27,726 nt of DNA. Source: a virus. Its lineage: Duplodnaviria; Caudoviricetes. The DNA is taken from IMG/VR virus record IMGVR_UViG_3300025389_000090, positions 1 through 27,726 of that record; one strand, 5' to 3'. The translations under genes and the position numbers were made by a program. The notes below the pieces were generated by a model. That model was not told the DNA's origin, searched no databases, and saw only the letters and a list, made by a program, of their open reading frames with translations. Each line of letters opens with the position of its first letter. Position 1 is the stretch's first letter. This document shows, piece after piece, positions 7,813 to 14,900 of the stretch.

Positions 7813-7825
7813 ATAGGGGGCTTAA

Positions 7826-8776
7826 ATGCATCAGATAATACGTGGTACCACAGCAACAGCAGAACTTGAGATATACTACAAAAAAGAGCTATGTAATGCA
7901 GATGGCGATGTCCATGTTGTTATAGTTGATGCAGACTACCCAGATAGAGTACTATTGCCATCTACGTTGGCATATAACGATCCAGAAATAGGGAAGTATA
8001 CAATAGACCTTAACGGTATTGTAACTTCCCTAAATCGTGTTATAAAGGTTACATGGAGCTATACAACCCATGGACAAGCAACCTATCAAGAAGATTTTTA
8101 TGAGGTGTATACTCCGTATGCTTCATTGGCAGATATAATAGAATATTATGGTTTTGGCACCCGCCCATCTGATCTTAACTATAAATCAGAAGAAGAGATT
8201 CAGGCAGCAGAATTTATTGCACGTATGCAAATAGAAACCTACGCAGGCCAAACATTTGGTCGTGGGTGGGGAGATCAAGAAATATTTGGTAATGGATCAG
8301 ATGCTTTAGAGCTTGTAGAGAGAATGCTTGAAATAGGTCAATTGTATGAAAATGGAACTTTGACCATAGATTATAGTGTAGATCCTATAGTTAATAATTT
8401 TGGATTTGATATAGAATTAACTCCAACATATCGTGCTATACGTATTATTAATAAAGATTATCAAAACATAATTGCTTATGATAGCTCATTTAATGTAACT
8501 TCAGAATATTCTGGAAGCTTTAAATCAGGATACAGATATAGAGTTTATGGCGAAAAAGGTTGGCCTTATGTACCACAAGATGTTAGAAGATGTACAGTTT
8601 TGTTAGCTGGAGATTATCTTTCTAGAGATTCTGAGTGGAGACAAAAATATCTTAATAAAGTTCAGCTAGGCGACATTAATTTTCAACTTGATTCTGGTGC
8701 ATTTACTGGAACTGGAAATGTTATTGTGGACCAGATCCTAGATCAATATAGAAATACTGGAATAGTGATTATATAA
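7826..8776 (+). CDS. Head-tail adaptor/connector with extra N-terminal beta domain
   Basis: YASLADI...AEFIARMQIETYAGQTF...GWPYVPQDVRRCTVLL...QILDQYR resembles gp6/gp15-type connectors; expected position. Confidence 0.72.
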   Translation: MHQIIRGTTATAELEIYYKKELCNADGDVHVVIVDADYPDRVLLPSTLAYNDPEIGKYTIDLNGIVTSLNRVIKVTWSYTTHGQATYQEDFYEVYTPYASLADIIEYYGFGTRPSDLNYKSEEEIQAAEFIARMQIETYAGQTFGRGWGDQEIFGNGSDALELVERMLEIGQLYENGTLTIDYSVDPIVNNFGFDIELTPTYRAIRIINKDYQNIIAYDSSFNVTSEYSGSFKSGYRYRVYGEKGWPYVPQDVRRCTVLLAGDYLSRDSEWRQKYLNKVQLGDINFQLDSGAFTGTGNVIVDQILDQYRNTGIVII

Positions 8777-9225
8777 TGTCTGTATCATTAGTCGGCAGCG
8801 TAATGAATATGACAGCTGATATATTAGTTCAGCAGAATAAACAATCAGAAACTAGTGGAGTTATAACTAGAGAATGGGTTTATGAAGAAACTATTCGTTG
8901 CAAAATATCACCAGTAAAATCTTCAGGCGCATCTGTGCGTGGGGATGGAAAAAAATTTGATGTTGGTAAAAATAATGAATATATAGAAAGTATAGAATTA
9001 AAAATGAAGTGCTTAAAACCTATTTCAAAGCGTTCAAGAATATCTGGTATAAAATCTAATGATGGTCAATCGGTATATACAGAAATTGATAGATACGATA
9101 ATCCAGATACAACATTTGATGTTGTAGGTTCACATGCAGTTTTAGATCCATTTGGCAAAGTTTCACATTACGAAATAACATTGCAGAGGGTACGTGTCCA
9201 AAATGATAACACTCAAAGCAAGTGA
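8776..9225 (+). CDS. Head closure/stopper protein (putative)
   Basis: 149 aa, beta-rich (SETSGVITREW, HYEITLQRV), TAATG-coupled to the adaptor; gene order. Confidence 0.6.
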   Translation: MSVSLVGSVMNMTADILVQQNKQSETSGVITREWVYEETIRCKISPVKSSGASVRGDGKKFDVGKNNEYIESIELKMKCLKPISKRSRISGIKSNDGQSVYTEIDRYDNPDTTFDVVGSHAVLDPFGKVSHYEITLQRVRVQNDNTQSK

Positions 9226-9928
9226 TTTTAGTATAACTGATATAGAAACAGAACTTGATTTAAAAATAGGCGGGGTAAAAGCTTTGTCCTCATCTAAAGT
9301 TTTAACTGCTTTAGGAGATGCTATATTTACATTAAGTGCAAAGGCATTTGTAAAATCCATGAATACACAAGCAAAAGCAACTCCAAAAAAATATCATCAT
9401 ATATATGAATGGAATAAAACTGGATTAGAGTCTGGGAGACTTTTTTTCTTATATAAAGAATCTTCAAGCGGTGGATCGTTAAGAATTAAAACTGGATTCA
9501 TACAATCTAGAAAGAATGTTCCAATTGCTCCTGAACTAATGATTCCAGGAAAAACAGGAAAATCAGTTGCATCAAAATATGTTTTTAGAGATAAAGCAAA
9601 TGTTATGGAATCTGGTTCTCCAGTCATATATAGAACTTCTAAAAATATACCACTTCCAGATAACGGCTCAATAAGATTTGTAGCAGCAGGTACTATAATA
9701 AAAAATTATAATCCTGGCGGTAAAGAAGTAAAAGGCTCATTTGAGCATTTCTTTAAATTGTGGTATTCTACAAAAGTTAATTCAATTATCTCTTCATCTG
9801 GAATTATTCAGGCAATAGATAATGAAACTGCAAAAGTTTTAGATCAAAAAAAGGCGGGACCAGCACAAGTTACTACCGCCGTAGTTAATCTATTAAGACA
9901 GTATTCAAGAGAGGTAGAGGTAGTATGA
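9194..9928 (+). CDS. Neck/tail completion protein (putative)
   Basis: Basic 244-aa ORF between stopper and terminator (HHIYEW, FRDKANVMESG). Alternative start ATG 9203. Call rests on gene order. Confidence 0.5.
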   Translation: MSKMITLKASDFSITDIETELDLKIGGVKALSSSKVLTALGDAIFTLSAKAFVKSMNTQAKATPKKYHHIYEWNKTGLESGRLFFLYKESSSGGSLRIKTGFIQSRKNVPIAPELMIPGKTGKSVASKYVFRDKANVMESGSPVIYRTSKNIPLPDNGSIRFVAAGTIIKNYNPGGKEVKGSFEHFFKLWYSTKVNSIISSSGIIQAIDNETAKVLDQKKAGPAQVTTAVVNLLRQYSREVEVV

Positions 9929-10431
9929 CAAATTACAATAGCCAAGCTTCAGCAGATATAAGAAAATATATTTGGTATAGCATAAAAGAAGCAGATCTTC
10001 TTAATGAAAATGATTATTATGTTGATAGTATGGCAGACCCACTTGTTCCGATAGTACCTGCTCAACAGGTCCCAGAATTTAACAATAGCCTTCCAGGACG
10101 CACATATATGCTTTATGATTTTGATTTAAAACAGGTCCCAGTCCAATGGTGGATGTCAGAAGAATCATTTACCCTAACCGTAATATCACAAAATTATGAA
10201 GTTATAAATCAGATAACCAGCCTCATACAAGACCTATTTAGAAGGTATGATGAGAGTGCTGTAGATTTAAATAAATACTTAGGTGGAAACACAGATTTTA
10301 TATATCATCATATTATGATTGACTCAGTATTCTCTCCAGAGCCATTTGGAACTGAAGGAGATTATCAGGTAGGAAGCGTAGTATTCTCTTACAATTATTC
10401 AAGAAAAACGGACCCAAAAGGTAGGTTCTAA
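9925..10431 (+). CDS. Tail terminator protein (putative)
   Basis: Acidic 168-aa ORF directly before the tail tube, ATGA overlap with the upstream gene. Confidence 0.6.
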   Translation: MTNYNSQASADIRKYIWYSIKEADLLNENDYYVDSMADPLVPIVPAQQVPEFNNSLPGRTYMLYDFDLKQVPVQWWMSEESFTLTVISQNYEVINQITSLIQDLFRRYDESAVDLNKYLGGNTDFIYHHIMIDSVFSPEPFGTEGDYQVGSVVFSYNYSRKTDPKGRF

Positions 10432-10432
10432 A

Positions 10433-10461
10433 TTCGTATTATAGGCTTGATATGTTATTAT
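10433..10461 (+). promoter_or_regulatory. Promoter: TTCGTA, 17 nt spacer, TGTTATTAT
   Basis: Intergenic before the tail tube; mirrors 2607-2635. Confidence 0.55.
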
Positions 10462-10500
10462 TATGACAAGAGGAAGATTCAAGCCAAACTTTAAAAAAAT

Positions 10501-10522
10501 AAAGGTGGTGAAATAAAAAATG
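10501..10522 (+). promoter_or_regulatory. Translation initiation region AAAGGTGGTGAAATAAAAAATG (copy 2, tail tube)
   Basis: Identical to 6149-6170. Confidence 0.85.
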
Positions 10523-11245
10523 GCAGCAAATGTAAAAAACGTAATTGTTGGTGCAGCACAGGTATTCGTATCTACAGGCACTAACGCAAATCGTCCACAG
10601 ACAACAATTGACGGCGCAGGTTTAGCCTGGGGTGCTCAGAAAGCAGCTGGATACCTAGATGGCTCTTCAAATTGGAGAGACGTTGGATATACAAACACTG
10701 GTCTTGAGGTTTCATATGAGCCAGGTTATGGTGAAGTTACTGTTGATCAACTTTTGGACGCAGCTAGACTTTTCAAGCAGACTGTTAAAGTCATGCTTAA
10801 GACAGAACTCACAGAGGGTACTCTTGAAAACGTACACTTAGTATTCGGTCAGTCAGATCCTGTAGTTACCTATAGCGGTTCAACAGGTTCAAGTGATACA
10901 GTATTTACAGCAGCATCAAATGTAACCGCTGGTTACAAGAACGCAACACTTAATCTTGCAGCAGGTGCACTCGGCGATGCTCCAGTAGAACGTTCTATCG
11001 TTGCAGTTGGACAGGCTCCAGCTAACCTTGGAACAGAGGCTTCTCCAGTAGATGCTTCTACTCTCGGAAAAGAGCGTGTATATGTTGCACGTCGTGTAGT
11101 ACAGGTTGAGACCACTGCTCACGCATTAAAGCGTGACGGTGCAACTGTATTCCCAGTTCAGTTCCGATGCTTACCAGATGATAAAGATATGTATGATGGC
11201 GCAGAATATGGCGTTATCATTGACAGAGTTTACTCATCTCTTTAA
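10520..11245 (+). CDS. Major tail (tube) protein
   Basis: 241 aa with NVIVGAAQVF, DVGYTNTGLEVSYEP, VDQLLD, TELTEGTLEN and FPVQFRCLPD. Lies before chaperone and tape measure, has high-expression codons and a downstream terminator. Confidence 0.88.
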   Translation: MAANVKNVIVGAAQVFVSTGTNANRPQTTIDGAGLAWGAQKAAGYLDGSSNWRDVGYTNTGLEVSYEPGYGEVTVDQLLDAARLFKQTVKVMLKTELTEGTLENVHLVFGQSDPVVTYSGSTGSSDTVFTAASNVTAGYKNATLNLAAGALGDAPVERSIVAVGQAPANLGTEASPVDASTLGKERVYVARRVVQVETTAHALKRDGATVFPVQFRCLPDDKDMYDGAEYGVIIDRVYSSL

Positions 11246-11264
11246 AACTTAATATAGACAATTA

Positions 11265-11302
11265 ATAAATGTCCCCCACTAAAAGGGGGGCATTTATGTT
11301 TT
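11265..11302 (+). terminator. Intrinsic terminator after the tail tube gene
   Basis: ATAAATGTCCCCC, loop ACTAAAA, GGGGGGCATTTAT (13 bp including one G-U), then GTTTT. Confidence 0.82.
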
Positions 11303-11314
11303 AAATAAGCATTT

Positions 11315-11323
11315 TGATATAAT
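11315..11323 (+). promoter_or_regulatory. Extended -10 promoter TGATATAAT
   Basis: Consensus TGnTATAAT just after the terminator and upstream of an AAGGAG RBS. Confidence 0.65.
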
Positions 11324-11349
11324 TTGTATAAGGTAACTAAGGAGAATAA

Positions 11350-11691
11350 ATGCCAACAACAGTATATGACACACTTGAGATTAAGTTGTCAAACGGTACA
11401 GTAATTACAGTCCAACCACTAAAAATAAATAAATTAAAAAAATTCTTAACAGCAATTAAGCCAATTCAAGATGGCACAGCAGACACAGATGAAGCAGCAA
11501 TGGAAGTATTTGTTACTGCTGGAATGATCTGCATGGAGCAGTTTGCACCAGAATTTTCAACCGATAAAGATTTGTTTGAAGACAATTTTGAAACCCCAAC
11601 ACTTATGAAGATTCTTGAAATAGCAGGCGGGCTAAAGTTAAATAATGACGACCCAAACTTCCAAGGGGCGAATCTAACTGGGAATCTCTAG
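11350..11691 (+). CDS. Tail assembly chaperone (lambda gpG-like)
   Basis: 113-aa acidic ORF between tail tube and tape measure, ending DDPNF... at a slippery site. Confidence 0.82.
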   Translation: MPTTVYDTLEIKLSNGTVITVQPLKINKLKKFLTAIKPIQDGTADTDEAAMEVFVTAGMICMEQFAPEFSTDKDLFEDNFETPTLMKILEIAGGLKLNNDDPNFQGANLTGNL

Positions 11692-11703
11692 ATCTCGCCT
11701 CTT
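11652..11703 (+). other. Programmed -1 ribosomal frameshift signal (C CCA AAC plus 3' hairpin)
   Basis: X XXY YYZ heptamer at 11652-11658 in the correct phase; stem 11663-11676 with 11689-11703; -1 frame open from 11649 to 11969. Confidence 0.8.
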
Positions 11704-11969
11704 TAGAATCTGAAGTTTTTCTTCTAGGAATTTGGAAGAATTATGATGATCTTGAATCATCACTGTCTATGGAAGAGTTGCTTGCGACACTATCTGCTTC
11801 TCGTGAAAGAGAAATTAGAGATAGAAAATTCCAAGCAGCACTACAAGGCGCAGATCTAGATGAAGATTCTTCTGAACAAGAAGATGTGACTAAGGTTAAA
11901 GGTTACAGAGCACAGCAAGAAGGCTTTGGAATTGGATTAGGACTTGGACACGTTGTAGAGGGGGGTTAA
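11652..11969 (+). CDS. Frameshifted extension of the tail chaperone (gpGT-like, fusion about 206 aa from 11350)
   Basis: The -1 frame reads LPRGESNWESLDLASLESEVFLLGIWKNYDDLESSLSMEELLATL...VEGG*. The track's 11769 ATG has no SD. Confidence 0.78.
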   Translation, partial: PKLPRGESNWESLDLASLESEVFLLGIWKNYDDLESSLSMEELLATLSASREREIRDRKFQAALQGADLDEDSSEQEDVTKVKGYRAQQEGFGIGLGLGHVVEGG

Positions 11970-14900
11970 TTGAATAATATACAATTAAATATTGTTGCTA
12001 ATGCACAATTTCAGCAAGTATATGGCGAAGTAGCTAAATTAAAAGCTGCAATGACTTCGCTTCAACAGTCTTCTGTTGGTGGCCCCTTTACTGCAGCAGT
12101 AACCGCAGATATCAAAGCTTCGCAGTCTGCATTTGATAGTGCAGTTTTATCTACACGTGCGTTCAACATACAGCAAGTTGCAATGACAGACAATGTTACA
12201 AAATTTGGTCAGCAACTTTCTAAAGGTCAACTAAGTTTAAGTAATTATTATAAAATATGGCGGGATAGTGCAAAAGGCACTTCTGCAGAAATAGATGCAT
12301 TAGCCACAGCACAGGCTAGACTTAATAGATCCATAGCAATTGCAGATCCGTTAAGACCAGGATATGCAAAACTAGTTACAGATATTAACGGCGTAGTTAC
12401 AGCCGAAGAAAAACTTATATTTCAACAACAAGCTTTAAATACAGCCTTGAATGAAGGCTCTATGAAGCTTATTAATTTTGGTAAAAATACTCAGTGGATG
12501 GGACGACAACTTACTGTCGGCTTGACAATGCCACTTGCTATGTTTGGCGCAGCAACTTCTCAAGCATATCTAAAATTTGATCAACAGATGACTGACATGT
12601 TAAAAGTTTATGGATCACATGCCACAGTTCAGTCACAACAAACATTAGATTTAATTCAAAAGCAAGTAACAGATTTAGCTGACAAGCTAGCACGTACTTT
12701 AGGCGTAGCAATGTCGGATACAGTTACTGTAGCCCAGACATTTTCATCAATTGGTCTTGAAGGTCAAAACTTAATAAATGCAACCGAAGCTACAGTAAAG
12801 CTTCAAAAACTTGGTGGTTTAAGTGCTAATCAAGCAGCCACATCAATGGTTGCTTTGCAAAACGTATTTAAATTACAAGGAAATCAAATTGCAGAAGCTG
12901 TAAATTTCTTAAATGCAGCAAAACACTCCACATCAACAACGATGCAAGATATTGTTGATGCCTTACCACGAGTTGGTCCGATTATTCAGCAAATGGGCGG
13001 AACGTATAAAGACTTTGCCACTCTTCTTGTTTCATTAAAAGAATCTGGTGTTCCAGCTGCACAGGGTGCCAACGCAATCAAATCTATGCTTGCATCTATG
13101 ATCAATCCTACATCTGCAGCAACAAAAGCTTTATCTGCACTTCATATTAATTTAAAACAAATTGTAGCAAGTAATCAAGGAAACTTGATGGGCATGGTTG
13201 AAGGACTTCAGTCAGCATTAAATGCTTTACCAAAAGATGAAAGATTAAAAGCAATTGAACAGGTATTTGGTAAGTTTCAATTTGCTCGTGTAACTGCCTT
13301 ACTTCAAAATTTGGGAACCGCAGGATCTCAAAGTGCAAAAGTACTTGAACTTTATCAAGCAAATAATACACAGTTAGCTGCAGTTGCTCAGCAGGAATTA
13401 GATGTTGCTTCTAAAGGAACTCCAGCAGCAAGATTCCAAACAATGAAAGCTTCTTTGCAAGCAGACCTTATTCCACTTGGACGTACATTTTTGGAAGCGT
13501 TTACAAGAATTGGAGATGTAGTAAACCACGTTGTAAATGCCTTTAAAACTTTGTCAAATATGCTTGGGCCAGCAGCATCATTATTAGGTAAAATATTTGG
13601 AACTGGAGCAGCTGGATTGTTAATAGCTGGACCAGTTATTATGCTTGTTGGTTTATTTTCAAACCTTATAGGTAATATATTGCGTGGCGCAAATGCGATA
13701 AGGATGTTTAAGCAGGGCATGGAATCAGCTTCAGCAGGAGAAAATCAATTTTTGGCTGGCCTTCATGGTATGCGTAATTTCTATCAAGAATTAGATACGA
13801 GCGTAATTGCAGCAAGAAATCAAATGGATCTTATGCCAGAAGCGATTACAACAAATGCAAAAGCTTTTGAAATTTTAAGAAATGAAATTGTTAGACTTAC
13901 AGATCAATTTAAATTATTAACAGTAGCTCAAACTTCAGCCATGGGTGGTATATCTCCAGCCACTGGCGGTGGAATTGATTCTGCTTTTTCTTCTTTAGGA
14001 TTTATATCTCCTCCATCTGGAGCAAGATATTTACCTATTGTTCCAAAAAATAATGGTGGTTTGTTGCCAGGTTTTGCTAATGGTGGAATGATATATGACC
14101 CATCAAAACACGGATCAGTTGTACCAGGCCCATCAAATGTTAATTACGATTCAGTTTTAGCTAGAGTTCCAAAAGGTGGTTTTGTATTAAATAAAACTGC
14201 AAGTCAAAAAAATCCAGGACTAGCAACATTGCCACATTATAGTTCTGGTGGCAGTATGATGGCTATGTTGACCCCAGGTGAGACAGTATTTGATCCAGCA
14301 ACAACAGCAGCAAATTATAATATGTTAAATGCTGCAAATAATGGAAGCACAATAGGAGGAGCAATAAACTCCTTGCAATCTAATTATGGATTAAGACAAA
14401 AAATAAATCCAGCAGATTTAGTAGCAGGTCATATCACAAATGATTTAAGTGGATTAATGATTTGGCTAGATAAAGGTTTAAATTCTAGAATGCGAAATGT
14501 AAGTAAGAATCCTCCTTCTGGAACAGAATTAGCAAACTTTTTAGAAAATATGTTGGTTAGCGGATATGATCCAAATGCATTATTGTTAGATGCAACAACA
14601 AAACTTGGAATTTCACCACTAAAAGCAAAAGAAGAATTAGATCAGGCACTTGCTAAAACTATAAAAGCTTTTACAGAAGCTGGAAAAAGAAAATTTGGCG
14701 GACCAACAGATCCTTATGGCTTTGAAAATTTTGTAAGAGATATATATCAACCTCATCTTGAAAACTTACCAGTTAATCTTCCTGGAGCACCTGGTAATGC
14801 TTTTTCAGCTTTAACATCACTTAAAACATTTAGACCTCAATATGGAAATTTAACTTATAAAGAATTTGTAGAAAAATATAACATACCAGTTCCCACAGAT

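Noticed and set aside
10463-10516. 17-aa basic upstream ORF MTRGRFKPNFKKIKVVK overlapping the tail tube SD
   Set aside because: Its ATG is 1 nt after the predicted -10 hexamer, so it would lie outside that transcript; no SD; short ORFs are expected by chance.
11769-11969. Stand-alone 66-aa gene from the ORF track
   Set aside because: No SD, and the frame is open back to the slippery heptamer, so it is better explained as the frameshift extension.
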